Assembly (NCBI GenBank): GCA_965205265.1
Contig: CBDBGH010000003.1
Coordinates: forward strand, 2,784,001-2,848,000
DNA length: 64,000 bases
Direction of reading: 5' to 3'
From: Alphaproteobacteria bacterium
Lineage (GTDB): Bacteria; Pseudomonadota; Alphaproteobacteria; Bin95
In this document: positions 1 to 12,423 of the stretch, in pieces
How positions within the stretch are numbered: position 1 is the stretch's first letter
Layout of the letters: each line of letters starts with the position of its first letter
Program-made: the position numbers and the translations under genes
Notes under the pieces: generated by a model
Told to the model about the DNA's origin: nothing
Database searches by the model: none
The model's input: only the letters and a program-made list of their open reading frames with translations

Positions 1-962
1 TCTCCGAGGAGAACGTCCGCCGTCTCGTGCTGGACACGCCGGAAGTCTCGGCTGCCGCCACCTGGCTGGACGTGGGCGGGGACCCCCATTTCGCCGGAAA
101 GAGGATACCGGGCGAAATCGTCGTGATGGGAGCGACGGAGTCCCTGGCCGCGATTAACAGGCTCAGGATGGCGGCAGGGCGTTTCGTCTCGCATCTCGAC
201 CTGCACCAGCACTATTGCGTGCTGGGCGACGCGGTGGCGCGCGCCTTGCGCCGCGCCGGAGCCGGCGACGTGCTCGGAGAGAAAATCCGTCTTCAGGGGC
301 GCCTCTTCACCGTCGTCGGCGTGCTGGAGCCGACTCCCCCGCGGCGCTTCGGGCAGGACCTCCGGCCGGATAATACCGTGTTCCTGACCCTCGGCGCCGC
401 ACAGCGCCTCTCATCCCAGAATGTGCTCCGGCGCATCGTGGCCCGGATCTCGCCCGGCGTGCTTCCCGAAGCCGCGACGCCGGCCGTCCATTCCTTTTTC
501 CAGCATCACGTGCCGGGCCTGCGCTTCGAAATAACGGCCGCCGAACAGCTTATCGAACGCATGCGCAACCAGGGCCGGCTGTTCACGCTTCTGCTCGCTG
601 CGGTTGGCAGCATCTCGCTGATCGTCGGCGGCGTCGGGGTGATGAACCTGATGCTCATCTCGGTCAGCGAACGGCGCGCCGAGATCGGGCTTCGGCGCGC
701 CGTGGGCGCGCGGCGGAGCGACATCCTCCAGCAATTCGTTACCGAGTCGGTAGTGCTGTGCCTTCTCGGCGGCGTGCTCGGCATTCTCCTGGGCGTCGGA
801 GCCTCCTGGGGCATCTGCCAGTTCGCCGGCTGGCCGTTTTCGGTGTCGACGACATCCATGGTCCTGGGCGTGGGCGTATCCACGGGCGTCGGGGTCCTGT
901 TCGGCCTCTACCCGGCGCACAAGGCGTCGCGGCTCGATCCGATTGCCGCGCTGCGCTCGTAG
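1..962 (+). CDS. ABC transporter permease, MacB/FtsX family (5' end lies outside the window)
   Basis: C-terminal GGVGVMNLMLISVSERRAEIGLRRAVGARRSDILQQF...PAHKASRLDPIAALRS is the typical FtsX/MacB permease signature. Confidence 0.9.
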   Translation, partial: SEENVRRLVLDTPEVSAAATWLDVGGDPHFAGKRIPGEIVVMGATESLAAINRLRMAAGRFVSHLDLHQHYCVLGDAVARALRRAGAGDVLGEKIRLQGRLFTVVGVLEPTPPRRFGQDLRPDNTVFLTLGAAQRLSSQNVLRRIVARISPGVLPEAATPAVHSFFQHHVPGLRFEITAAEQLIERMRNQGRLFTLLLAAVGSISLIVGGVGVMNLMLISVSERRAEIGLRRAVGARRSDILQQFVTESVVLCLLGGVLGILLGVGASWGICQFAGWPFSVSTTSMVLGVGVSTGVGVLFGLYPAHKASRLDPIAALRS

Positions 963-1187
963 GCGCCTGTTGTCGGCCGGGAACAGGCGAGCGCATCCGG
1001 GATGCCCTCCCTGCCGGTGTCCGCCGTCGCATCGACACGCGGAACCCCCTGAATTGGCAGAATGTCACGGGTCCTTCGACTCCGTGAAGATAATCTCATG
1101 GGTGCCATAGGAAATCGGTATTTCCTTACGCAAACGGCTGGCTCCAGCATTCAGCGCGCCAATAACGGCAGCGAAAGGAACGGACGG

Positions 1188-1688
1188 ATGCGTATGAGAC
1201 GACCCGACATACGAAGCTTGATCGGCACCGTGGCCGTGTTGGGCATTGCGGCGATGCTGGCCGGTCCTGCATCGGCCCAGCAGACCGTCGAGGCCCGCAC
1301 GGGAAAGATCCACGAGGACTGCAGCGGATTCGGCGTGAGCGAGGTCGACAGAGTGGTCAAGATGAACGCGCAGTGCCGGACCTCCGACGACAACAACGAC
1401 AGGGCGAAGACGAGCATCAGTCTCACGAACGAGATCAGCGCGAACACCGAAACCGGCGAGCTGATTTTCGGCGGGACCGCCTTCAACTACAGTTGCAATA
1501 ACATCGGGGTCGTGAAGCACCAAACCGGCGTGAGGCTGGAGGCCGGTTGCCTGTACATCGTCGAGTGCAAAAGGAGGAGCACCACGCAGGGGAACTGCCT
1601 GGTAGGGACCACCGGCAGGAAACAGGCCACCCTGGAGTTGGCGGGTTACCTGCAGGTGAACGATGAGGGCGAGATCGAGGTCAAGTAG
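1188..1688 (+). CDS. Secreted cyanovirin-N homology (CVNH)-like protein, paralog 1
   Basis: RBS-like AAAGGAA before ATG 1188; signal peptide ending ASA-QQ; CVNH-like pattern NAQCRT..TSISL..N..GELIFGG.AFNYSC..LEAGC..LEL..YLQVNDEGE. Confidence 0.7.
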   Translation: MRMRRPDIRSLIGTVAVLGIAAMLAGPASAQQTVEARTGKIHEDCSGFGVSEVDRVVKMNAQCRTSDDNNDRAKTSISLTNEISANTETGELIFGGTAFNYSCNNIGVVKHQTGVRLEAGCLYIVECKRRSTTQGNCLVGTTGRKQATLELAGYLQVNDEGEIEVK

Positions 1689-1703
1689 CCTGCCCTCGGG
1701 CAC

Positions 1704-1759
1704 GACGGCGGCAGGCGTGGGCGGTACGGAGCCTTCCCCCCGCCCCGCATGCCGCCGTC
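1704..1759 (+). terminator. Long GC-rich stem-loop between the two CVNH paralogs
   Basis: gacggcggca ... tgccgccgtc outer arms with an inner gggcgg/ccgccc pair; no U-tract, so it may be a stabiliser or processing hairpin. Confidence 0.4.
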
Positions 1760-1778
1760 GAGAGAAAGGAGCAGACGG

Positions 1779-2258
1779 ATGTACCCAAGACGCTTCGACA
1801 TACGAAGCTTGATCGCCATCGTCGCCGTGTTGGGCATTGCGGCGATGGCGGCCGGCCCGGCATCGGCCCAGCAGACCGTCGAGTCCCGGACCGGGGAGAT
1901 CCACCAGGACTGCGACCGGTTCGACTACAACCTGCCCACCGACCTCTCGAAGTTCCAGCTCCTGGCATACTGCAGGACCAGCGACGACAACTCCGACCGG
2001 AAGCAGACCAGCATCGACCTCGGCGCCAACATCGGCAATAGCAGCGGTCGCCTCGTGTGGGGCGGGAACAGCTTCCAGGAGAGCTGTACTACCTTCAAGG
2101 TCGAGCAGCATACCGGCGGCGTGAAGCTGACGACCGATTGTCCCGGCCGCAGGATATATGTGGGGACCAGCAAAGAGACCGTCGAGAGGGTCACGTCATC
2201 GCTGGAGCTGGCCACATACTACAAGGTGAACGCGGACGGCGAGTTCGAGGTCAAGTAG
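1779..2258 (+). CDS. Secreted CVNH-like protein, paralog 2
   Basis: RBS AAAGGAG; leader nearly identical to paralog 1; LAYCRT...TSIDLGANIGNSSGRLVWGGNSFQESC resembles cyanovirin-N (TSSIDLNSVIENVDGSLKW..SNFIETC); 4 Cys. Confidence 0.78.
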   Translation: MYPRRFDIRSLIAIVAVLGIAAMAAGPASAQQTVESRTGEIHQDCDRFDYNLPTDLSKFQLLAYCRTSDDNSDRKQTSIDLGANIGNSSGRLVWGGNSFQESCTTFKVEQHTGGVKLTTDCPGRRIYVGTSKETVERVTSSLELATYYKVNADGEFEVK

Positions 2259-2348
2259 GCCGCCAACAGGGGGTGCACGTCCTGATTTTGCGAGGTTGAG
2301 AAATGCCATGGTTTCGCCACGATATCTGTTTCTTATATTTGGGGACAG

Positions 2349-2780
2349 ATGGAGGCGGACATGGCCAGGACCGATCACGACGGCCTCGTCGAACAGCGTG
2401 GCGAGCTGCTGCGGGAGATTGCGGGCATCGGCGACCTCCGTCAGGGTTCGCTCAGGGCACAGTACCGCAAGTGCGGCAAACCGAACTGCCATTGCGCGGT
2501 CGAGGGGGCGCAGGGGCATGGCCCCTACTGGTTGTTGACTTGGCCGGACAGGGAGACAGGGAAGTCCCGCGGCCGCACCGTTCCCGCCGACGCCATTGAG
2601 GGAACGCGGGCGCAGATCGCGGAATACCAGCGGCTTCGCGGTCTGGTGCGCGCGCTTGTCGAGGTCAGCGGCCGGATATGCGATGCCAGGCTGGACGCGG
2701 ACAAGCCGGCCGCGCCGGGAAAAAGGGGGGTCTCGACGCAGCGATCGCGGAGGAGGTCGAGGCCGAGGTCGAGTGGCTGA
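2349..2780 (+). CDS. IS accessory ORF (DUF6788-like; CGKPNCHC..HGPYW)
   Basis: GSL...YRKCGKPNCHC...GHGPYW motif typical of small ORFs upstream of ISKra4-type transposases. Confidence 0.8.
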   Translation: MEADMARTDHDGLVEQRGELLREIAGIGDLRQGSLRAQYRKCGKPNCHCAVEGAQGHGPYWLLTWPDRETGKSRGRTVPADAIEGTRAQIAEYQRLRGLVRALVEVSGRICDARLDADKPAAPGKRGVSTQRSRRRSRPRSSG

Positions 2781-4060
2781 TCGGCGCGGGCGTCGTCGAT
2801 GACTTCCAGGCGATCGAGATCGAAGCGCGGCGGGTTGCGTTGCAGATCATGGGGCAGGCCGTCGCCCACAGGCTCAATGCCGACCGTTCCGACAACCGGG
2901 GACCGTGGCTGTCGTGTGCGTGCGGCGGCGAGGCGCGCTTCGCCGGCCGCCGGCCCAAGACCTTCACCACCGCTCTCGGCCCTCTGACGCTGGAGCGCGC
3001 CTGGTATCACTGCGACCGTTGCCACCGCGGCTTCAGCCCGCGTGATCGAACCCTCGGCATGCAAGATACTTTCCTCTCACCGGCGGCGCTGCGCATGATC
3101 GGCGTTGCTGCTGCCCGTACCAGCTTCGAGGGCTCCAGCGCCCTGTTGCGCGAACTGGCAGGCCTGGCTGTCGCGCCGAAGACGGTCGAACGCCATGCCG
3201 AGGCGCTCGGGCGAGAGATCGCAGGCGACGAATGCCGCGTGATCGAACCCGAGCCGTCCGACGCCCCCACCCTCTATCTCGGCCTCGACGGCACCGGCGT
3301 GCCGGCGCGCAAGACCGAGGTCGAGGGCCGCGCGGGCAAGCAGCCCGACGGCTCCGCCAGCACCCGCGAGGCCAAGCTCGCCGTCGTGTGGTCGGCGGAG
3401 ACCGTCGACAGGGAGGGGCGTCCGGTGCGCGACCCCGGCTCCGCCACCTACAACGCCGCCATCGAATCCATCGCCACCCGCGAGTTCGACCCCGAGCCCG
3501 CGCCCTTCGCCCGGCGTGTCATCCGCGAGGCCGAACGCCGCGGCTTCGACACGGCCGAGCGCCGGGTCATCCTCGGCGACGGCGCGCCGTGGATCTGGAA
3601 CTTCGCCGATGAGCACTTCCCCGACGCCATCCAGATCGTCGACATCTTCCATGCCAAGGGCCACCTGTTCGACGCAGCCAAGGCGATCTACGGGACCGGC
3701 AGCGAGATCGGTGAGCGATGGGCCGGGAAGCGGCGCGAGGAACTCGACGAGGGCCGCGTCGACGAGGTGATCGCCGCCCTCAAGGGCCATGCCGAAACTT
3801 GCGAGAACGCCCGCAAGAACGCCGAGTATTTCACCAACAACCGCGAGCGCATGAACTACCCGAAGTTCCGCGCGATGGGCTTGTGCGTGGCCAGCGGCGT
3901 GGTCGAGGGCGGCTGCAAGAACATCGTCGGCGCCCGCCTCAAGCAGGGAGGCATGCGCTGGACCGTCAACGGCGCCAACGCCATCATCGCCCTGCGCTGC
4001 GCCGTCGAGAGCAATCGCTTCGACGACTTCTGGGAACGACGAGCCGGCGCAATACCATGA
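2678..4060 (+). CDS. ISKra4-family DDE transposase (possibly expressed by -1 frameshift from the upstream ORF)
   Basis: LYLGLDGTGVP, LGDGAPWIW, VDIFHA, ASGVVEGGCK..RLKQGGMRW motifs; no clear own RBS or ATG. Confidence 0.9.
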   Translation: MRCQAGRGQAGRAGKKGGLDAAIAEEVEAEVEWLIGAGVVDDFQAIEIEARRVALQIMGQAVAHRLNADRSDNRGPWLSCACGGEARFAGRRPKTFTTALGPLTLERAWYHCDRCHRGFSPRDRTLGMQDTFLSPAALRMIGVAAARTSFEGSSALLRELAGLAVAPKTVERHAEALGREIAGDECRVIEPEPSDAPTLYLGLDGTGVPARKTEVEGRAGKQPDGSASTREAKLAVVWSAETVDREGRPVRDPGSATYNAAIESIATREFDPEPAPFARRVIREAERRGFDTAERRVILGDGAPWIWNFADEHFPDAIQIVDIFHAKGHLFDAAKAIYGTGSEIGERWAGKRREELDEGRVDEVIAALKGHAETCENARKNAEYFTNNRERMNYPKFRAMGLCVASGVVEGGCKNIVGARLKQGGMRWTVNGANAIIALRCAVESNRFDDFWERRAGAIP

Positions 4061-4367
4061 ATCTCACAAATGCGACGTGCACCCGCCAACAGGCCGCCCG
4101 GGCGCAACGATGGTTGTTGCGCCCGGTCATGCATGTGCGAGACTGTCTTTGTGTTCAACCCCCATCGCGGCGGCGGACCCGGCCCGGGTCGAACCAAAGC
4201 CGAGCGCGCCGGATTCATCCAGTAAATCTGTCCGAGGCGCCCGAGGACATGATTGGCATTGCCGGGGGCAGTTCGGCTGAATGCATTTCTCCCGGTTCCA
4301 GTGGCAATCGGGAAGCCGGAAGTTGCGACTCCGGCTCCAAGATCGCTATGTTTTCGGGAGATAAAAC

Positions 4368-4833
4368 GTATGCATCCGGCGAGGATCGCAGGGATATGTG
4401 GCTCGGCTTTGGTCGGCGAGTTCAAGCAGGGCGGATTGGTTTTGAGCGGGAGCCGGCTTATGCGGCATGATCGGGCTTCTGCTCCGGAACCCAGTTCCAT
4501 GGGAGGAGTTCGTCGAGCCGGTTGTGTGGCGTCCTGGCGATGCGGCCGAGCACGTCGGCGAGCCAGGCCTGGGGATCGACATCGTTGAGCTTGGCGGTGC
4601 CGATCAGGGTGTACATGGCGGCCGCGCGCACGCCGCCGCGGTCGGAACCGGCGAACAACCAACTGCGTCTTCCAAGGGCCAGAGGCCTGATTGCGCGCTC
4701 CGCGGCATTGTTTGACAGGCAGATACGTCCGTCGTCGAGGAAACGGGCGAGGCCGTCCCAGCGTTTCAGCATATAGTCCATGGCCCTGGCCACCGGGGGA
4801 ATGGCGCGAAAGCCCGGCGCGCTCGGTGCGCAT
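4368..4833 (-). pseudogene. tnpC: IS66 TnpC C-terminal fragment plus IS66 right end
   Basis: ARAMDYMLKRW..DGRICLSNNAAERAIRPLALGRRSWLFAGSD..LLPWNW; GTATGCATCCGGCGAGG terminus at 4368; +1 frameshift in the homopolymer near 4795-4799. Confidence 0.85.
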
Positions 4834-5094
4834 TATAGCGCGACAATCTGGGTGAGAGCCGCGCGTCAATCAGGATGAGATTCCCCGGCGGCATCGGCGA
4901 GTTGATGATTGTCGCGCGGGGCGCGGATTGCAAGCGGTTTCGGATTTTGATTGTCGCGGCGCGACAAACAAGGTTTTCGGAGAGCGTTTTGATTGTCGCG
5001 GGGGGGCCGTCGGGTCGGAGAAGAGACGGCCCGCGGAGGCGATTCCCGCGGGCCGTGAGTGTTGTGGCCGCTGGGCCGATCTGGCGGCAGCGGT

Positions 5095-7442
<2,348 letters not shown>

Positions 7443-7624
7443 CTACTCGGAAAAACGTCACCGTTCGCCCAGCCGACCGACCCCGCCAGAAGGTCCAGGA
7501 AAAATTTTTTGAGGCGGCGGCCCGGAACTCCGGTCGGGCTACGCCCTCCCTCCGTTCCGGGCCGCCGCCTTCCCCCGTCTCATCCTGATTGTCGCCAGCG
7601 TCTCAAGCTGATTGTCGCGCCGCA

Positions 7625-8250
7625 GCGCATCCAGTTCTCGAGGTCGACGAGGAGCGGTGCGCTCTGCTCGCGGCGCATGGCGAGGGGGCGCTCGGCGGTC
7701 TCGCCGTCGATGGAGCGCTCGATGTCGAACAGCGCATCGATCCGCTTCACAGCCTCAATCGCCAACGGCGAGATCGGCGGCGCGTTCCTGCCGCGCCTCT
7801 TGCCGGCCGCGATGTCGGCGAGTTCGTAGAACTTGCGCCTGGAATGCGCGAAGCAGGCAGCTTCGGTCACGGGCCCCGGCGGTCGGCCGGGCTCGTAAAG
7901 CCGATTGTATCCGGCAAAGGCGTCGGCCTGCAGGATGCCGGCATAGCCGCGCAGATGATCGCCCGAGCGGTTCCGCGAGTAGCGGAACAGGGCCGCCGGC
8001 GGGTCCGGACCGCCGAACGGCCTGTCGTCGCGCACATAGACCCAGGCCCGCGCAGTGTCGGCCTTGCCCTTGGCTACCAGCACCGGCATAAGCGTGTCGT
8101 CACCGCGCAGGCGGGCCGCCGCCAGCACATGGGCCGCGATCAGGTCGTGCAGCGGGCGCATGCCACGGTGCGGGCGCCGACCTAATCAGCCAGGGCCGAC
8201 AGGCTGAGATCGACGCTCTCGCGCGCGTAGCAGTCGCGCTGGCGGATCGC
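7625..8250 (-). pseudogene. tnpC: IS66 TnpC central fragment (5'-truncated, degraded)
   Basis: AWVYVRDDRPFGG.DPPAALFRYS, GILQADAFAGYNRLY, CFAHSRRKFYELAD; joins in frame to the 4368-4833 piece (LENWMR|TERAGLSRH) once IS21 is removed. Confidence 0.85.
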
Positions 8251-8265
8251 GCCGTGGCGCCCGCT

Positions 8266-9537
8266 CTAGACCCCATTCGCGTTCTCGTAGAAGAGCCCGT
8301 CATAGACAAAGGCGGACGCCACCGCGTGGCAGTCGTGCTCGCTCGCTCCATTGCGCTGCATCCTGGCATGCCACCCGTCGCGCACTGTGCTCACGATCCG
8401 CTCGAACATCGCCTCCGCCTCGTGTCGATCAAGCAGAAAACGCGCATGACCGCTCAGCAGGTTGGTTCTGTTCGCATAGCGCCCGAACGGACCACATGCC
8501 ATCGCCAGATCGCGGCGCTCTCGGGCTACCGCTGGCAAGGGCGTCAGGTCGAAGGCCGGGCTCAACCTCCATTGACGCCCCCTCGCAAGCATCGCGTGAT
8601 TGCGCGGGTGATCGTCGAGATTGGACACGGCCGCGTTGAAGCACATGCGTGCGAACAACTCCCGCAGATCGTCCACCGGCCGCGCGCTCGCGCGCCGTAT
8701 CTCATCGGCGAGCAGCAGGTAGGACCAGCTTCCACGATCCGCCGGACCGTCTCCGGTGCGCAGCAGCGTCAGCGCGCTCACCATGCGATGCCGCCGGTAG
8801 TCGGCATCGGTCCGGTCGCGGTCGAATCGGCGCACCAGCAGCACGTCGCGCCCACCCACCGTTTCGATCCGGCTCTCGGCCACGTTCAGCCCGCACGCCC
8901 TGGCGAGCGCGAGCATGCCATGCTCGATGCGCGCATGGTTCCAGCGGTCGTTGCGGTGGGAAAACTTTGCAATCCAGAGCCCTTCCTCGGCCTCCACGAC
9001 CGCCTTGGGGCGCGCACCCCCCATCGACGTCCCGAGCAGCAGCAACTCCTCGACCCGCTCGCCGGCGGGACCGGCCCGCTCCCGGTCATCTTGCAAGACC
9101 GCGTCTGCTGCTCGCTGAAGCTGCTCCAGATCCAGGGTCCGGTTGAACAGCTGCCGCGGACCCGGCGGCTCGACGCCGAGACCGAAGCCGAGCGCACCTG
9201 CTCGGTCGTCCGGTCCCTGCATCAGGTAGTCGAACTCGCCGAGCTCGGCGACGCCTGCGTTGCGCTCGATCACCCGCCTCCCCCAGAAGTCGGGCATGGA
9301 GTCCCTGATTGCGCCAAAGAACCCGTCCATGCGGGCCGTCTCCTGGACCCGGTCCGAGAGACGGAGCTCGATCGGGTCGAACTCCACCGCATCGGCCCGC
9401 TCTCGATATGCACGGCCATACACGAATCTGCCAACTCCTCCGTTTCCGTCGTCCGTCCACCGGAAGCGCCCGGCGGTTACGAACGCCGTTGCTCCCGGCA
9501 GCACGATGTAGACGAAGCACTCGCGCTCAGAAGTCAT
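8266..9537 (-). CDS. HipA-family kinase toxin (type II TA)
   Basis: PDFWGRRVI, DRAGALGF, GTSMGGARPKA, WIAKF, LLVRRFDR, NLDDHPRNH, LSPAFDL. Confidence 0.92.
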   Translation of the reverse strand: MTSERECFVYIVLPGATAFVTAGRFRWTDDGNGGVGRFVYGRAYRERADAVEFDPIELRLSDRVQETARMDGFFGAIRDSMPDFWGRRVIERNAGVAELGEFDYLMQGPDDRAGALGFGLGVEPPGPRQLFNRTLDLEQLQRAADAVLQDDRERAGPAGERVEELLLLGTSMGGARPKAVVEAEEGLWIAKFSHRNDRWNHARIEHGMLALARACGLNVAESRIETVGGRDVLLVRRFDRDRTDADYRRHRMVSALTLLRTGDGPADRGSWSYLLLADEIRRASARPVDDLRELFARMCFNAAVSNLDDHPRNHAMLARGRQWRLSPAFDLTPLPAVARERRDLAMACGPFGRYANRTNLLSGHARFLLDRHEAEAMFERIVSTVRDGWHARMQRNGASEHDCHAVASAFVYDGLFYENANGV

Positions 9538-9880
9538 CGCTCAGCACCCGGCGGCCTCCCGCTCGCCTGGGGCTGCGCGCGCGCTCGAGCGTCTTTCCTT
9601 CCTCGTCACGATCCGGATCGGCCACCTCACGCATCTGATCCAGCAGGCCGAGCGCCCACAGCGCGCCCAGATAGACCGCGATGCCGGTCGTCGGCTTGCC
9701 CCTCTCGACGTCAGCTATCACGAACCGGGAGACGCCTATGCGCTCCGCCAGCTCTTCCTGCCGGAGCTTGCGGCGCAGTCGTGCCGTGCGGAGGTTGCGC
9801 CCCATCCGTGCCAGTGCTTCCTCGACCGCTGCCGGGGGCGACTCGGAGATTTTCGTCGGTCTTGGCATGTGTATTTCCAT
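9527..9880 (-). CDS. XRE/HTH antitoxin partner of the HipA toxin
   Basis: LRTARLRRKLRQEELAERIGVSRFVIADVERGKP helix-turn-helix; overlaps the toxin start. Confidence 0.88.
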   Translation of the reverse strand: MEIHMPRPTKISESPPAAVEEALARMGRNLRTARLRRKLRQEELAERIGVSRFVIADVERGKPTTGIAVYLGALWALGLLDQMREVADPDRDEEGKTLERARSPRRAGGRRVLSDDF

Positions 9881-9907
9881 CTACCTAAACACGATTTATA
9901 TTGCTTT

Positions 9908-9936
9908 CAAATAACATTTCCGATTTGTCGCGTCAA
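9908..9936 (-). promoter_or_regulatory. Putative sigma70 promoter of the TA operon
   Basis: Minus strand TTGACG-N17-TATTTG in an AT-rich patch directly upstream of the antitoxin. Confidence 0.35.
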
Positions 9937-10080
9937 CCGCTCAGCCCACAGCTATGTTGTCTAGCGTTTACTCAATTTACCGACATGTGGTCTATAATAC
10001 ACACAGCTGCACCACCGACAGATTCCAACCCTTGGGGCCCGGTCTTGCGCAGGTGACCCGCCAACCACCGGAAGCAACCC

Positions 10081-10404
10081 ATGACACGCCCCGCCGGCGC
10101 CGACCTCTTCGACCTTCTCGACAGATGGCGGCATCTTTCCTCCTACCGGCTGGAGCTGCGCGCCAATCCTGTGTTTGCACCGTTCCTGCCGCGCGGGCTC
10201 AACCGCCACCTGGGGCCGCACGGCATGGCTATCGATCCCCGGATCATTCCTGACTCCCCACTCAAGCAGGCGAAGACCCGGCGTTCCAGCAAGGCCGACT
10301 TCTTCGCAGTCTCGACCGACCGCCGGCACGCGTTCCTCATCGAGCTCAAGACCGACAAGCGATTGCTCCGCGAGCGCCAGAAGGCCTACCTGCACCGGGC
10401 CAGC
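10081..10404 (+). pseudogene. PD-(D/E)XK-like protein fragment truncated by an IS1380 remnant
   Basis: KADFFAVS..HAFLIELKTD..Q.AYL resembles the D..ExK nuclease motif; the sequence switches to IS1380 DNA near 10405. Confidence 0.5.
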
Positions 10405-10707
10405 GTCGCCCCATCGTGCACAACCCGATCCGCCGCGCGACCGCCCGAAAAGCAACCCGCGAACCGGGCCACAGACCGATCGCGCGGTCGGTCGCGCCCA
10501 GCAGCAGCGCGCCGGCATCCGAGGCCATCGTCCCGCCCCAGAAATCCGCCACAACATCGCGGCCCTTCAGGCGTGCAAATCGCATTGAGGTAGGGTTACA
10601 CTCTGCGGGCATCGGTGAGCTCCTCTGCAACCGGACAAGTCTTTGTTGTAAAAGAACTTTCCTACATGAAGAGCCCCGATGCACCCAACCTTGGTGAGAA
10701 ATCCGGG
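10405..10707 (-). mobile_element. IS1380-family remnant (left end plus transposase N-terminus)
   Basis: ATG 10612: MPAECNPTSMRFARLKGRDVVADFWGGTMASDAGALLLGATDRAIGL; terminus cccggatttctcac on the minus strand at 10707. Confidence 0.8.
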
Positions 10708-10752
10708 TTAGCGTCGATTTCTGGACGGAGACTGCTCATGCGCCTGGAATCC

Positions 10753-12216
10753 ATGTTCAAGGGCCGAAAGGACCGGCCCTGTCGTTGCCCCATCATTTCG
10801 CTTGCCGCGACGACGGCTGTTTTTGCTCTCGGCGCCTGCGGCGGCGGGGGCGGCGGTGGGGCAACTGGAGCCGGGCCGAGCGTGCCCCGCCCGGTTCCAC
10901 CGGAGCTGCCGGCCCTGGCACGGCAGGGCCCGGCGATGGCCGGCAAGGCTCCTGTCCTCTACCGGGGGGCATCACTGCATGTCGGGGCCGATGTTGCGCC
11001 GGACCCGGACGCTCTTTCGCCAGTGGACGGCCATGGCGATGTCAGGGTTTTCCACGGCCGCGTTGCGGACGGGGAAGGCGCGGCGGAACTGATCGCCTAT
11101 CTCGCCGCAGACGCCAGGAACAACATCCGCGACCTCTGGCCCGACGGTTTCGTCTATCGTTTCGGCGGCGCGCCACCGACCGTGCGGGTGGCGGAAGGAA
11201 CCCCGGCCGGGCTTCTGGACGAGACGGTGCGGGCCGTCCAGCTCATCAATGCCGCCCTGCCGCTGACATGGCAGCTGGACTTCAGCGGCACTCCCCTGCC
11301 GGCATCGGTATTCCGTCCTTCGGACGGCGAAATCCTGGTGGAGTTCGTTCCCCGTGCGGACTGGTCCATTTCGCTTCCCGAAGAACACTATATCGGCTAT
11401 GGGCGCCGGTGGCTGGAGAGCGTCCGGACGGACGACCCGCAGCGGCCACGGGTCCTCCAGGTGATGGCCGGGCGCGTGTGGCTCGACCACACCCGCGTGA
11501 CCGGACAGGACAGGATGGAGGTTCTCGTCCACGAACTCCTTCACACCCTGGGCCGGCGTCATCCCGACCCCCGGCGCTTTCCGGACACGATCATGAACAC
11601 GCCGGCATCGGGACCGGAAGGGCATGTGCTTCATCCACTCGACCGCGAAGCGCTCCTCGCGGTTTACGGATGGCTGGAGCCGGGAGCGACGCCGGCGGAA
11701 CTGGCAATTGACCTAGGACCGTGGGAGGCCGGTTCGGTCCACATCCGGGGCGACCTCGCCACGGATGGCGGCGCCGTCTCCTTCGGCGTCGGCTTGCGGA
11801 ACGGGCAGGGTCAGCCCTGGGCGACCGGTCCTGCGCCGAGGGCGACACTGCGGGACAACCGGCAACTGACCGGCAGCGCGACCTGGTCGGGCCGGCTGCT
11901 CGGGCTGACGCCGGCCGCGGAGGCGGTTGCGGGCAGCGCCGAACTGACCGTTCGCCTCTCGACTCTCGATGGCGCTCTCGGCTTCGCCAATCTGGAGTCC
12001 TGGGCAAGCGGCGCCGGACCGGGCGCGCCCGGGACCGGATCGACCTGGCGAACCGGCACCCTGGACTATTCGGTCTCGGTGCGGGGCAACAGGTTTGTCG
12101 GCGCCGGCGGCGACGATGGCGAGGTCACCGGCGCTTTCTTCGGCGCCGCCCATCAGGGCATGGGCGGCGTCCTGCGCCGGGCCGACCTCACCGCCGCATT
12201 CGGGGGTAAACGGTGA
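10753..12216 (+). CDS. Surface lipoprotein with zincin metalloprotease motif and C-terminal TbpB-like barrel
   Basis: Lipobox LGA-C plus poly-Gly linker; VHELLHTLGRRH (HExxHxxGxxH) followed by Met-turn-like TIM; ATWSGRLLG...GAFFGAAHQGMGG..AAFGGKR; start codon uncertain. Confidence 0.75.
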   Translation: MFKGRKDRPCRCPIISLAATTAVFALGACGGGGGGGATGAGPSVPRPVPPELPALARQGPAMAGKAPVLYRGASLHVGADVAPDPDALSPVDGHGDVRVFHGRVADGEGAAELIAYLAADARNNIRDLWPDGFVYRFGGAPPTVRVAEGTPAGLLDETVRAVQLINAALPLTWQLDFSGTPLPASVFRPSDGEILVEFVPRADWSISLPEEHYIGYGRRWLESVRTDDPQRPRVLQVMAGRVWLDHTRVTGQDRMEVLVHELLHTLGRRHPDPRRFPDTIMNTPASGPEGHVLHPLDREALLAVYGWLEPGATPAELAIDLGPWEAGSVHIRGDLATDGGAVSFGVGLRNGQGQPWATGPAPRATLRDNRQLTGSATWSGRLLGLTPAAEAVAGSAELTVRLSTLDGALGFANLESWASGAGPGAPGTGSTWRTGTLDYSVSVRGNRFVGAGGDDGEVTGAFFGAAHQGMGGVLRRADLTAAFGGKR

Positions 12217-12423
12217 AGCTCTCCGGCAGGGCCGCGCCTCCCGGATGGTGGCAGCCTGGACGAGGCTGAAGGGTCAGTTCCGGTCGAAGCGGTCCCGAGA
12301 GCTGTCAGTCATGGGTGTGTCTTCCAGGTCGGGCCCGGGGACCCAAGGTCAGGCGCGCTCAGCGGGATACCAGCGTTCCTGGCATGCCCCGCCTTCGGGA
12401 CGGTGTTGTGTAGTTGTTCGGCC

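Larger units (their letters stand above)
2271..4084 (+). mobile_element. ISKra4-family insertion sequence, intact
   Basis: Terminal IRs gggtgcacgtc (2271) / gacgtgcaccc (ends 4084); 9-bp target duplication gccaacagg at 2262-2270 and 4085-4093. Confidence 0.9.

Noticed and set aside
1704-1759. Integron attC site between the cassette-like CVNH genes
   Set aside because: No RYYYAAC/GTTRRRY core boxes and no integrase; treated as an ordinary hairpin
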